Origin: Planctomycetaceae bacterium
GTDB lineage: Bacteria > Planctomycetota > Planctomycetia > Planctomycetales > Planctomycetaceae
Assembly: GCA_020426515.1 (NCBI GenBank)
Contig: JAGQPW010000007.1
Coordinates: 10,908-74,907, forward strand
DNA length: 64,000 bases
Direction of reading: 5' to 3'
Made by a program: the position numbers and the translations under genes. This document shows positions 16,819 to 25,967 of this stretch, piece by piece. Position 1 is the stretch's first letter. Every line of letters begins with the position of its first letter. A model generated the notes under the pieces. The model ran no database searches. It worked only from the letters and a program-made list of their open reading frames with translations, and had not been told where the DNA came from.

Positions 16819-17511
16819 CTAACCGGGGATCTTGTCAAAGCTCAGGCACAAGGCTTTGGCCAGTAAGTGCCAGCCGTCAATCATTACGAACAGCAGAATC
16901 TTGCACGGCGTGGAAATGACCACGGGTGGCATCATCATCATTCCCAGAGCCATCAGGATCATGGAGACGACAAGGTCGATCACGATGAAGGGGAGATACA
17001 GGCAGAACCCCATCATGAACGCGGTCTTCAGCTCGCTGATGATGAACGCCGGAATCAGAATGTGCATGGGCGTTGCTTCTGGACTTTCCAGCAGCTCATG
17101 TTCGGCAATGTTCAGGAACAGCAGCAGGTCTTCCTGCCGAGTATGTCGGAGCATGAACTTGCGTTCGGCATTCGCGCTCCGCTGCAGTGCTTCGATCGTG
17201 GATATCTGGCCCAGCATGTAAGGACGGACCGCTTCGGATTCGATCTCCTGGAACGTCGGCGCCATGACAAACAGGGTCATGAACAACGACAGCCCCAGCA
17301 GGACCTGATTGGGTGGAATTTCGTTGGTCGACAAGGCGCGACGGACAAACGAGAACACAATGACGATGCGAGTGAACGCCGTCATCGTGACGAATGCCGC
17401 CGAGAGCAGCGCCATGGACCCCAGGAACAGCGCAATCTTCAACTGCGGAGAGAGGTCCTGAAAAGGACCGCTTTCCAGCAGTTCGAGTGATGCTGAAGCT
17501 TCGATAAGCAT
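16819..17511 (-). CDS. fliP: Flagellar export apparatus protein FliP
   Basis: LLGLSLFMTLFVMAPT, FIISELKTAFMMGFCLYLPFIVIDLVVSMILMALGMMMMPP. Confidence 0.95.
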   Translation of the reverse strand: MLIEASASLELLESGPFQDLSPQLKIALFLGSMALLSAAFVTMTAFTRIVIVFSFVRRALSTNEIPPNQVLLGLSLFMTLFVMAPTFQEIESEAVRPYMLGQISTIEALQRSANAERKFMLRHTRQEDLLLFLNIAEHELLESPEATPMHILIPAFIISELKTAFMMGFCLYLPFIVIDLVVSMILMALGMMMMPPVVISTPCKILLFVMIDGWHLLAKALCLSFDKIPG

Positions 17512-17590
17512 CGCTGTTCGACCTAATTATTGAACTGGGAAACCTGGTAACTGCAACTCAACTTGTATTCTTGCCGGGCTGACTCTCTGA

Positions 17591-18280
17591 TCAGCCCGCG
17601 AGGACGTCTCGGTCTGGACCTTCTGCCAGATCCGACCAGGCACTGACAGGCTGCAACGACTTGATGCCTTGCCGATCCAGTGCAATCAGATACCGCTGAT
17701 CATCTGCTTCCACGAGGAGAAGTTGGGCATCAGGTCGCAACTGGATTTGCGCCAGCTTCTTGAGCCGACCGTTCGTCGCCAGCCCCTGCAGATCGGGAAG
17801 TCGGTACTTCAAAATAAACAATCCGGCAATGGCCAGCAGCACCACCATTCCCGTCCAGAAAGCGAGTGTTTCGAATTCAGCAAAGATGTCCTCGGGGACG
17901 TCGGGAACGGTCGCGGACTCACTCTTGTGTCGCGGAGTACCAAACAGAGAAAACGTGTCTTCGGGCGCGGCGGTGGCTGACGGCTCGCCATCTTCGACTG
18001 GAGATTCTGCAGCAGCAGGAGTGACCAGCAACTGAGGCGGGGCAGCTTTGGAGAGAGTTCCTTCCTCCGCGACTGACTGAGCCTCGCAGAGGATGATGCT
18101 GTGACCGACCTGCAACACTTCGTTGAATGCGGCGTCCTGAGGTTCAGAGAAAGAGACGGGCAAAGGGCTCCAATCCGCCTGTTGCGACCACGGTGCCTCC
18201 TCGGCCGGCAGCGCATGCGCGAACAGTCCTCCCGTGAGGAGGACGCTGGCGATCAGGAGTTGTTTGCAGGAAGTCTGCAT
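17591..18280 (-). CDS. fliO: FliO-like flagellar export protein
   Basis: ATG at 18280 (MQTSCKQLLIASVLLTGGLFAHA). Single TM FWTGMVVLLAIAGLFIL followed by LLLVEADDQRYLIALDRQGIKSL. Position between fliN and fliP. Confidence 0.6.
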   Translation of the reverse strand: MQTSCKQLLIASVLLTGGLFAHALPAEEAPWSQQADWSPLPVSFSEPQDAAFNEVLQVGHSIILCEAQSVAEEGTLSKAAPPQLLVTPAAAESPVEDGEPSATAAPEDTFSLFGTPRHKSESATVPDVPEDIFAEFETLAFWTGMVVLLAIAGLFILKYRLPDLQGLATNGRLKKLAQIQLRPDAQLLLVEADDQRYLIALDRQGIKSLQPVSAWSDLAEGPDRDVLAG

Positions 18281-18284
18281 CGTG

Positions 18285-18668
18285 TTATTTCTGCACACGG
18301 GCTGCCGCTCCGTTGCCGGGCGCGCCAGTTGGGGAAACGGGTGCCACATCTTCGATTTCGGTAATTCGAATTCCGTAGCGGTCTTGAATGACCACGACTT
18401 CGCCACCGGCAATGCGCACTCCTTGAGCAACAATGTCGAGCGGATCACTGACAGTACGGTCGAGTTCCAGAACGGAGCCCTGCCCCAGTTCCATCAGCTC
18501 GCCCAGAGTCATCTGCAGCCGCCCTAACTCGGCCGTGATTCGCACCTTCACGTCGTAGAAACGAGAGAGCGGAACCGAGGAGACGACCTTGCCCGAGTTT
18601 TGTGCCTGGGGAAACTCGGCAGGGCTGACCACTGTGGTATCGTTGGAATCTGTTTGCATGGCTTTCAC
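18285..18668 (-). CDS. fliN: Flagellar motor switch protein FliN
   Basis: SpoA domain: VKVRITAELGRLQMTLGELMELGQGSVLELDRTVSDPLDIVAQGVRIAGGEVVVIQDRYGIRITEI. Confidence 0.9.
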   Translation of the reverse strand: MKAMQTDSNDTTVVSPAEFPQAQNSGKVVSSVPLSRFYDVKVRITAELGRLQMTLGELMELGQGSVLELDRTVSDPLDIVAQGVRIAGGEVVVIQDRYGIRITEIEDVAPVSPTGAPGNGAAARVQK

Positions 18669-18703
18669 GAACTTTCATTCATTCACGGGACCGACCACTG
18701 TGA

Positions 18704-19573
18704 TCAGGAGCCGATGGACTCTCGGATTTCAAAGGCCTGTCGCGGACCGACTCGAACCGGCATGCCGATCCATTTGGGAACCCCTTCCAGACTCGCGACC
18801 AGTGGACGGTGGATGGACTGATCCAGAACGATGACATCGCCCAATGTCAGCGCGAGTGCCTTTGACATGGGGAGTTCGATGCTGCCCAACTCGAACAGCA
18901 CTTCCATCGGAATCCGATGGGACAGCGACTCCAGCACGCGTCGCTCGGCGCGGTGTCCTGTCTCATCTTCGCCGGGCGTCTCTTCGAGCAGGTCATCGAT
19001 TTCCTTGCGTGGAAGTACCCAGACTGCAACCTGGTTCCCAAACCGAAATCGCACGTCGATTTGAACCAGGTAGTATTCAGCAGTGGGAGACAGAATGCGG
19101 GTCCGTTCAGGACGCAACATGCATTCCATATAACGGCAGGGAATTGAATGGGTGCCCGGCACCGATTCCCCAATGGCAAACGCCAGACGGTCGAACAGGA
19201 CCTCCAGCATGGAGGACTCAATGGCCGTCAGTTCACGGGGTTCAGGCCAGTCGTTTCCAGGCAAATCCAGCAGTGCCGCCAAGAGTGCCTGAGTCTGCAG
19301 TGCCGTCAGAACCACGATGCTGGGGATCCGATCACGACCAAGTTTCAGATGCACGCCCATGGCTCCGGGCGTCATCGCGGCAGAAACTTCCTTGTAGCTG
19401 ACAGGAGTCACATCAAGCAGCGCGACCTGAACAGGCTGCGTCAGAATCTGATTCCACTGTTCCTGGACGAGCGTGGCACTGGCACTGCACCATTCCTGCA
19501 ACGCCTCCCAGAGCGCATCGGCTGGCCGACGCGGCAGATGAAAGTTCAGCGGTTCGAGTGGTGCGTTTTCCAT
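18704..19573 (-). CDS. fliM: Flagellar motor switch protein FliM (short form)
   Basis: C-terminal SpoA-like VLFELGSIELPMSKALALTLGDVIVLDQSIHRPLVASLEGVPKWIGMPV. Position fliL-fliM-fliN. Confidence 0.8.
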   Translation of the reverse strand: MENAPLEPLNFHLPRRPADALWEALQEWCSASATLVQEQWNQILTQPVQVALLDVTPVSYKEVSAAMTPGAMGVHLKLGRDRIPSIVVLTALQTQALLAALLDLPGNDWPEPRELTAIESSMLEVLFDRLAFAIGESVPGTHSIPCRYMECMLRPERTRILSPTAEYYLVQIDVRFRFGNQVAVWVLPRKEIDDLLEETPGEDETGHRAERRVLESLSHRIPMEVLFELGSIELPMSKALALTLGDVIVLDQSIHRPLVASLEGVPKWIGMPVRVGPRQAFEIRESIGS

Positions 19574-19575
19574 GA

Positions 19576-20076
19576 CTATTGGACGTTGAATTCCTCAAAC
19601 AGCACGTCGTAAACGAGGTCTCGCCCATCGGGGCACAACACTTCGTTGAAGTGATCCCGCATCTCCCGACGCAGCATGTTCTGGCCCGAACGACCTCGGA
19701 TGTCGTCTACCGACTTGTCAGATACAAGGCTCAGCAACCAGTTCTTCATCAGCGGCCCTTCCGTCAGCAGTTTCGTCTCCAGTTCCGTCTTGTGCGGCTT
19801 GGAGACCAGCAGGCTGATTCGCAGCCGGAGATACCGGTTCATCCGGCCTTCGGACAAATTGGAGACGATCTCCCCAAACGGGATCACGACCGTTTCCTTT
19901 GAGGCCGGCACTTCTTCAGGCGCTTCTTCGACCGCCGTTTGAGCGGTCATGTTCATATACAAAGGAACAGCCGCACCGGCGGCTCCCGCAATCAATGGCA
20001 GCAATGCCATCAGGAGAGTGGATGCCAGGGATGACTTGGGAGCCTCTGTGGGCGGAGATGTGGTGGCTGTTGACAT
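19576..20076 (-). CDS. fliL: Flagellar basal-body-associated protein FliL
   Basis: From ATG 20076: a TM segment then IPFGEIVSNLSEGRMNRYLRLRISLLVS...MLRREMRDHFNEVL, the FliL family pattern. Confidence 0.85.
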   Translation of the reverse strand: MSTATTSPPTEAPKSSLASTLLMALLPLIAGAAGAAVPLYMNMTAQTAVEEAPEEVPASKETVVIPFGEIVSNLSEGRMNRYLRLRISLLVSKPHKTELETKLLTEGPLMKNWLLSLVSDKSVDDIRGRSGQNMLRREMRDHFNEVLCPDGRDLVYDVLFEEFNVQ

Positions 20077-20258
20077 GGTCCGAAGCCTCTGGAAGTAGGT
20101 ACCACCGTCCATATCGGCTTCCGATTAGGTAAACTTTGCGGATTGGCGCAACTTTGCGGCCTCCTCGCACTATGCAAGCCCCGCCTATCGCATGTCACCA
20201 CCCTGCCTTGCGTTGTTTCCTCCCCGCTTGCGTCATTTCCCGCACCTTCAATCAGGGG

Positions 20259-20294
20259 CGGAAGGTCTTTCCGGGTCAGCGGAAAACTTTTCCC
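20259..20294. promoter_or_regulatory. Second pair of CGGAAR-N3-TTTCCS palindromes (UAS candidate) in the fliL/flgF divergent region
   Basis: CGGAAGGTCTTTCCG at 20259-20273 and CGGAAAACTTTTCCC at 20280-20294, 21 bp apart. They lie 125-160 bp upstream of the sigma-54 promoter at 20418. Confidence 0.45.
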
Positions 20295-20417
20295 AATCTG
20301 CCTGACCCGAGCGACGAGTCGCGAAACGCCCGCCGAGATTGCCGATTGCGCAGATTCGCCGGAAAACGCTGAACACAACAATTCTGGCGGTCGATTCTGT
20401 TACAGGGGTCGCAGCGA

Positions 20418-20433
20418 TGGTATGGCGATTGCA
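20418..20433 (+). promoter_or_regulatory. Sigma-54 (-24/-12) promoter for flgF operon
   Basis: TGGtatggcgaTTGCAt with correct GG-N10-GC spacing, 49 nt upstream of the flgF ATG. Confidence 0.6.
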
Positions 20434-20481
20434 TACGGCAAGTGACAACCACGCAACCGGTGAAACAAGGGGGGGAATCTC

Positions 20482-21207
20482 ATGTTGCCGGGAATCTACA
20501 GCGCCGCGAACAGCATGGATGCTGCGCAACGGCAACACGAAATCGTTTCACGGAATCTGGCCTATGGCGAGATGCCGGGGTTTCGTCGTTTGATTCCTTA
20601 TGCGCCCAACAATCCGGAGGGAGGTGCCGGGGGTGCTTCCAACGGATTTTCGGGTCCCAAGAACACGGAGGAAGCGATTGACTTCACTCCAGGACCGATG
20701 CAGCAAACGGGGGAACCACTGGACTTTGCCATCAACGGCAAGGGGCTGTTCACGATCGAAGGCCCCGATGGTCCACTGTATACACGCAATGGCGTGTTTC
20801 AATTGAACCATGAAGGAACCCTGGTCACCTCCGAAGGCCTTCCCGTGCTGGGTGAGGGAGGCCCCATTCAGTTTCCTCCGAATGCCGATCTGCGAACGTT
20901 GCAGGTAGGACGGGACGGACAATTGAGCATCGGCAAGAATGAAATCGGTCGACTGCAGGTCATCTCCGTCGAGGATGAGCAGAAATTCAAGATGGTCGGC
21001 ACCACTTTGATGTCGCTCGAAGAAGACGTCGAAGTTCAGCCGGCAACGGGCGATGTGATCCACAAGGCCCACGAAGGTTCGAACGTCCATCCGGTACACG
21101 AACTGGTGACGATGATCGCCACCATGCGGCAACACGAAGCGGCCCAGCGGGCGATGAATTCCATCAGCAAGGCCATCGAACAACACACCAATTTGACTGG
21201 AGGTTAG
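20482..21207 (+). CDS. flgF: Flagellar basal-body rod protein FlgF
   Basis: MLPGIYSAANSMDAAQRQHEIVSRNLAYGEMPGFRR; C-terminus EGSNVHPVHELVTMIATMRQHEAAQRAM. Confidence 0.85.
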   Translation: MLPGIYSAANSMDAAQRQHEIVSRNLAYGEMPGFRRLIPYAPNNPEGGAGGASNGFSGPKNTEEAIDFTPGPMQQTGEPLDFAINGKGLFTIEGPDGPLYTRNGVFQLNHEGTLVTSEGLPVLGEGGPIQFPPNADLRTLQVGRDGQLSIGKNEIGRLQVISVEDEQKFKMVGTTLMSLEEDVEVQPATGDVIHKAHEGSNVHPVHELVTMIATMRQHEAAQRAMNSISKAIEQHTNLTGG

Positions 21208-21209
21208 GA

Positions 21210-22007
21210 ATGCTGCGTGCTTTGTACACAAGTGCCTCAGGAATGAAGGCACAGGAAATGTCGATCGACAACACGGCCAACAATCTGGCCAACGTGAACA
21301 CGACGGGTTTCAAGCGAAGTTCCTTGAACTTTGCTGACCTGCTGTACTCCACGCTGGAACAGCCGGGGACGAGTGTCTCCGCTGCCCAGACTACGCCGTC
21401 GGGGTTGCAGATTGGTAACGGCGTGCGCGCTGTGTCGACGACCAAGAGCTTCATGCCAGGAACCCTGGAACAGACCGGCAACTCGCTGGACATCGCCATT
21501 GAAGGGGATGGGTTCCTCAAGGTGCAGATGCCAAACGGTCAGTACCGTTACACCCGTGCCGGCTCGATGCGGATTGACCAGTCGGGACAGGTTGTCACGG
21601 CCGATGGTTACCCGCTGGAACCGGCCATCACGGTCCCCGATGGTGTGGCACTGTCACAAATGAAGATCGGGACTGACGGAACTGTTACAGGGATCCTCTC
21701 GGGCAGTCCGGAATCTGTCTCGACCATTGGCCAGATGCAGATTTTCCGTTTTCTGAATCCGGCAGGGCTGTCGAGCGAAGGGGGCAACCTGTACGCCGCC
21801 ACAGCTGCTTCGGGTTCGGAAGTCGCGGGAACGGCCGGCAACAACGGGTTGGGGATCATCCGCCAGGGATTCCTGGAAGGCTCCAACGTGCAAGTGGTCA
21901 CAGAACTCATTTCCCTGATCGCCGCCCAGCGAGCCTATGAGATCAACTCTCGAGCCATTCGAGCGGGCGATGAGATGCTCTCCACTGCCAGCGATGTCGT
22001 TCGCTGA
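21210..22007 (+). CDS. flgG: Flagellar distal rod protein FlgG
   Basis: MLRALYTSASGMKAQEMSIDNTANNLANVNTTGFKRS; C-terminus LEGSNVQVVTELISLIAAQRAYEINSRAI. Confidence 0.95.
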   Translation: MLRALYTSASGMKAQEMSIDNTANNLANVNTTGFKRSSLNFADLLYSTLEQPGTSVSAAQTTPSGLQIGNGVRAVSTTKSFMPGTLEQTGNSLDIAIEGDGFLKVQMPNGQYRYTRAGSMRIDQSGQVVTADGYPLEPAITVPDGVALSQMKIGTDGTVTGILSGSPESVSTIGQMQIFRFLNPAGLSSEGGNLYAATAASGSEVAGTAGNNGLGIIRQGFLEGSNVQVVTELISLIAAQRAYEINSRAIRAGDEMLSTASDVVR

Positions 22008-22048
22008 TCGTCCTGGGCCTGTGTTGCGTTAAGAACAAGGATTGTTCC

Positions 22049-23134
22049 ATGGATATTCCCCGCACATTGCGGATCAACATCTGCCTGGCAGCAGCCCTGC
22101 TGGCCGCCAGCGGCGGTGTGGCCATGGCTCAACAGTCAGGCGCCTCGGTCGCGGTGGAAGTGCGACTGAAGCCCACGGCGATGATCGAGTCATCCAACGT
22201 GGTTCTCCGCGACATTGCCGACATCCGCTGCGCTGATCCACAGTTGGTCAGCGCTCTGGGTGAACTCGACCTCGAACAACTCGGCGATGACGAAGCCACC
22301 TGCGAAATCGATGCTGCGCTGGTGCAGCTTCGACTCAGGCTGGCAGGTGTGAATATCCGGTCCATGACGCTGACGGGAGCCGAGAAGGTGATCGTGGCGA
22401 GGCGACAGCTCCCCGCCGTGAGTGATGCCGCTTTTGCCGCTCAGCTGCGTTTGCAGATTGCCGACCAGTATGCCGTCGATCCAGCCGACCTGCAGGTGAC
22501 AATGCTGACATCGTTGCAGGATGCCTGGAAAGACCAGAACGACACTGCCGCCAGTTGCGACGCACTGCTACCCGAAGCGCTGCCGCTGGGCCGTCGATCT
22601 GTCCTCGTGCGCTGCCTCTCCGCTGGCCAGCTGATGACCACACGGCAGGTGACGCTGGATATCAAACTGGAGCAGAATGCCCTCGTGGCTCAGGCAGATC
22701 TGCCAGCGGGGCACTCCCTGACTGCCGAGGATATCGCTGTTGAACGTCGGATGTTGAGCACGCTGGTCGACGTGAACCATGTCGAAGAGGCTGTTTCACG
22801 ACAGCTGGTGCGGCATGTGCGGCGTGGTGCGGTTCTGGGCGAATTCGACTTTGCACGGCGACCAATTCAGGACTCCATGCTGGTGAAATCCCGCGACACG
22901 GTCCGCGTCTCGGCCGTGAAGGGCTCTTTAAAAGTGGTTCTGCAGGTAGCGGAAGCGACTCAGTCGGGAAAACTCGGGGACCGCATCCTGCTGAAGAATA
23001 TTGACTCTCAGCGAATCATTTCAGGCATCGTTGTCGGCCCCGGAGAAGTGGAGATTGACCTGGGACCGGCGACGGTCACACGCCCAACTCCAACACAGAT
23101 TTCCTCGCGTCCCGGTTCCGGAACGCTGCGATAA
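22049..23134 (+). CDS. flgA: Flagellar P-ring assembly chaperone FlgA
   Basis: Signal peptide, SAF-like regions, and a C-terminal VKSRDTVRVSAVKGSLKVVLQVAEATQSGKLGDRILLKNIDSQRIISGIVVGPGEVEI. Confidence 0.8.
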   Translation: MDIPRTLRINICLAAALLAASGGVAMAQQSGASVAVEVRLKPTAMIESSNVVLRDIADIRCADPQLVSALGELDLEQLGDDEATCEIDAALVQLRLRLAGVNIRSMTLTGAEKVIVARRQLPAVSDAAFAAQLRLQIADQYAVDPADLQVTMLTSLQDAWKDQNDTAASCDALLPEALPLGRRSVLVRCLSAGQLMTTRQVTLDIKLEQNALVAQADLPAGHSLTAEDIAVERRMLSTLVDVNHVEEAVSRQLVRHVRRGAVLGEFDFARRPIQDSMLVKSRDTVRVSAVKGSLKVVLQVAEATQSGKLGDRILLKNIDSQRIISGIVVGPGEVEIDLGPATVTRPTPTQISSRPGSGTLR

Positions 23135-23138
23135 TTCC

Positions 23139-23816
23139 ATGCTCGATCAGGTGACAAACGTGTCTCGAATGACTTTTCCCAAATGCCGACCGTCCATGAC
23201 AACCACGCTGGCGGCCTGTTCGCTGGCCGCCTGGTTGCTGCTTGTGTCCTCGGGCTCTGGTGAATCGCTCTGGCAGAAGCGGTCAGAAGATCACGCGTTT
23301 TTGTTTTACGATGCCAAGGCCCGCAAGCCCGGCGACCTGCTGACGATTCTCGTATCGCAGGACACGGCCCTGGACCGCAAAGAAGACCGCGGTATGTCCA
23401 AGTCGACCAAGGCGAATGGCCTGTTCGATTTTGGCGCCAGTGCCAGCGGCGGATTCGCAGCCCAGGCCGCTGATGCCGCGATGAATCTGACGAACAGTTC
23501 TGATCGCCAGTTCGAAGGGGCCGAATCGTACCGCAGCGAACAGGCGTTGAATGACCGCGTGACCGTCACGGTGATTGATGTGCTGCCCAATGGCAACCTC
23601 GTCGTCTCGGGCCGTCGCCGCGTTCGTGTTTCCGGAGAGGAGCAGGACATGTTGTTAACCGGTGTCATTCGTGCCGTTGACATTGGCCCGGACAACTCCA
23701 TTTCGTCGCGACAGGTCGCGGAACTGGAAATCACCTACGCCACCGCCGGGGCAAGCCAGCGATTCACTCGCCAAGGCTGGCTGGGTCGAGGCGTCAATGC
23801 CGTCTGGCCGTTCTGA
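23139..23816 (+). CDS. flgH: Flagellar L-ring protein FlgH
   Basis: From ATG 23139: SLWQKRSEDHAFLFYDAKARKPGDLLTILVSQDT...VTVTVIDVLPNGNLVVSGRRRVRVSGEEQDMLLTGVIRAVDI. Confidence 0.9.
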   Translation: MLDQVTNVSRMTFPKCRPSMTTTLAACSLAAWLLLVSSGSGESLWQKRSEDHAFLFYDAKARKPGDLLTILVSQDTALDRKEDRGMSKSTKANGLFDFGASASGGFAAQAADAAMNLTNSSDRQFEGAESYRSEQALNDRVTVTVIDVLPNGNLVVSGRRRVRVSGEEQDMLLTGVIRAVDIGPDNSISSRQVAELEITYATAGASQRFTRQGWLGRGVNAVWPF

Positions 23817-23880
23817 CCCTGGTCTGCGTTTGCCCGCCACAAGAGTCACCAGACATACCGATCCATTGGAGTTCATCCCT

Positions 23881-25032
23881 GTGACATTCTTCCGAACCTC
23901 TCACACTCTGACCTGCGCCGTCCGCTGCAGCCTGATTGGCGCACTGCTGCTGGCCTGGCTGCCGATGTGGGTCCAGTCGGCGGAGGTCCGCATCAAGGAC
24001 ATCACCCGCATTGAAGGCATTCGAACCAATCAGCTGGTCGGCCTGGGGCTGGTGACAGGACTTCAGGGAACCGGCAGCAAGAGCCCCGTCACGCGGAAGT
24101 TCGCGCTGAACTTCATGCAGCGGTTCGGTATGCGTATTGATCCCGTTGTGCAGGCCAACCTGGAAAACGACACCCGCCAGAAGACGAACAACCTGTCCGT
24201 CGTCACCGTGACCGCCGACCTGCCTTCATTTGCGAGGCCCGGTTCCAACATCGATGTACTCGTTTCTACGTTTGACGATGCCACCAACCTGCAGGGGGGG
24301 CAGCTGATTATGACGCCGCTGTTTGGTGCCGATGGCGAAGTATATGCCGTCGCGAGTGGCCCCATTTCGATTGGGGGATTCAGCTTTTCCGGCGAAGCGG
24401 CCAAGGTCCAGAAGAATCACCCCACCACGGGACGGATTCCCAACGGAGCCATCGTCGAACTCGAAACCTGCACCGACGTAAGTCCCAACGGGCGCATGCG
24501 ACTGCTGCTGAATCAGCCCGACTACGAGACCGCCCGCAGAATTGCGATGGCAATCAATACCGCTCTCCCCAATTCCGCTCGCGCCCTCGACGAAGGGACG
24601 GTGGAGGTTTCCACACTCAGCATCAAGATGTCGATCTCAGAGTTCATTGGCCAGGTGGGGCAACTGCTTGTTACCCCGGACTATCCGGCCACGGTGGTCA
24701 TCAACGAGCGAACCGGCACTGTCATCGTGGGCTCCCAAGTGCGGTTGTCCAACGTGCTGATCACGCACTCCAACCTGACGGTCTCCACTACCGAATCGCC
24801 ACAGGTCAGCCAGCCGAACCCGTTCGCCAAGGGTGAGACCACCACCGTGCCCCGAACGGAGATCGAAGTCTTTGAAGAAAACCGCCCCGTCACCGAAGTG
24901 CCGGAAACGGTCACGGTGGGAGACCTGGCGACAGCGCTCAACTCGTTGGGTGTTACGCCCCGAGACCTGAGCGCGATTTTCCAACAGTTGAAAGAAGCCG
25001 GGGCGCTGCACGCCACACTCGAATTCAAGTAA
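23881..25032 (+). CDS. flgI: Flagellar P-ring protein FlgI
   Basis: GTG 23881 is preceded by tggag. Signal peptide, then VRIKDITRIEGIRTNQLVGLGLVTGLQGTGSKSP and LATALNSLGVTPRDLSAIFQQLKEAGALHATLEF. Confidence 0.9.
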   Translation: MTFFRTSHTLTCAVRCSLIGALLLAWLPMWVQSAEVRIKDITRIEGIRTNQLVGLGLVTGLQGTGSKSPVTRKFALNFMQRFGMRIDPVVQANLENDTRQKTNNLSVVTVTADLPSFARPGSNIDVLVSTFDDATNLQGGQLIMTPLFGADGEVYAVASGPISIGGFSFSGEAAKVQKNHPTTGRIPNGAIVELETCTDVSPNGRMRLLLNQPDYETARRIAMAINTALPNSARALDEGTVEVSTLSIKMSISEFIGQVGQLLVTPDYPATVVINERTGTVIVGSQVRLSNVLITHSNLTVSTTESPQVSQPNPFAKGETTTVPRTEIEVFEENRPVTEVPETVTVGDLATALNSLGVTPRDLSAIFQQLKEAGALHATLEFK

Positions 25033-25057
25033 TGCGTCTCTGGAAGGGAAGCCCGTC

Positions 25058-25354
25058 ATGATCAACAACATCGGAACAACGACGCCGACCGCAGTTCAGC
25101 CGCAGCTGAACGCCCAGCGTATGAACTCCAAAGACGCTGCATCCGAATTTGAAGCCCTGATGATTGCTCAAATCGTGAAGCAAATGCGTTCCTCCGACAG
25201 CGAGTTCGGTATGTTTGCCGGCGACTCGTCGGACTCCTATGGCAGCATTTTCGACATGCAGATGAGTCGCTTCATTACCGATCAAGGTGGCTTTGGTCTG
25301 GCCGACTCTCTGCGTGGACACATTGAGAAATTGACGGATACCTCGGGGGTCTGA
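25058..25354 (+). CDS. flgJ: Rod-binding protein (FlgJ N-terminal domain only, no glycosidase domain)
   Basis: 98 aa: ASEFEALMIAQIVKQMRSSDSEFGMFAGDSSDSYGSIFDMQMSRFITDQGGFGLADSL. Confidence 0.75.
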   Translation: MINNIGTTTPTAVQPQLNAQRMNSKDAASEFEALMIAQIVKQMRSSDSEFGMFAGDSSDSYGSIFDMQMSRFITDQGGFGLADSLRGHIEKLTDTSGV

Positions 25355-25355
25355 C

Positions 25356-25892
25356 ATGAAACCAGGCATACTGCCGATGCAGCCAACCGACCCGCGCGTC
25401 ATGGCCTTGCTACCGACAGAGTCACACAACGCGTTTCTGGCGCAGCTGGAAATGCTGCTGTCTCTTGCTGCGCACTGTGGACAACAAGAGCACGACAACG
25501 ACACAACACGAACCGAGCCAGACCGGTTGTTGCAGCAGTTCCAGTCACTCCAGGAGCAAGCCCGGGGAATCAGTGCCCCGGCGACCATCACTCCGGCGTC
25601 GCGTATGGAACTTCGCGAGGCTCTTGCGAGACCTGAATTCGCGGACTACCGACGTCAGCTGCGCCAGCAGGTCCTGGCGGCCATCGAAACCAATGGCCTG
25701 TACCTGGATCAATTGACCCTCTGGACGCGGCTGCTGCGAACTGCGTCGACAGTCGACCCTCGAACACGTCGATATGACGCCACGGGTGGCCTGGTGACGA
25801 CTGGTGCATTCATGACTTCCCGATCCACCACACAGGAGCCATCGGGACAACATGTGGAGAGGCATCATGATTTGTCCAGACACACTGAGTGA
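25356..25892 (+). CDS. Hypothetical protein, possibly FlgN-like chaperone
   Basis: 178 aa, helical and Gln/Leu-rich, directly upstream of flgK-flgL. The assignment rests on position only. Confidence 0.35.
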   Translation: MKPGILPMQPTDPRVMALLPTESHNAFLAQLEMLLSLAAHCGQQEHDNDTTRTEPDRLLQQFQSLQEQARGISAPATITPASRMELREALARPEFADYRRQLRQQVLAAIETNGLYLDQLTLWTRLLRTASTVDPRTRRYDATGGLVTTGAFMTSRSTTQEPSGQHVERHHDLSRHTE

Positions 25893-25967
25893 TCACCCCG
25901 GCACCACATCGATCCGCAAGAGTGAACACATCGCCGGGGCACGGCGGAAGACCGCGCGAGGTGCGCC

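Noticed and set aside
19474-19489. Sigma-54-like element TGGCACTGGCACTGCA with correct GG-N10-GC spacing
   Set aside because: It lies inside fliM coding sequence in antisense orientation, has a CTGCA rather than TTGCA -12 box, and has no downstream plus-strand gene for about 1 kb. It is probably a chance match.
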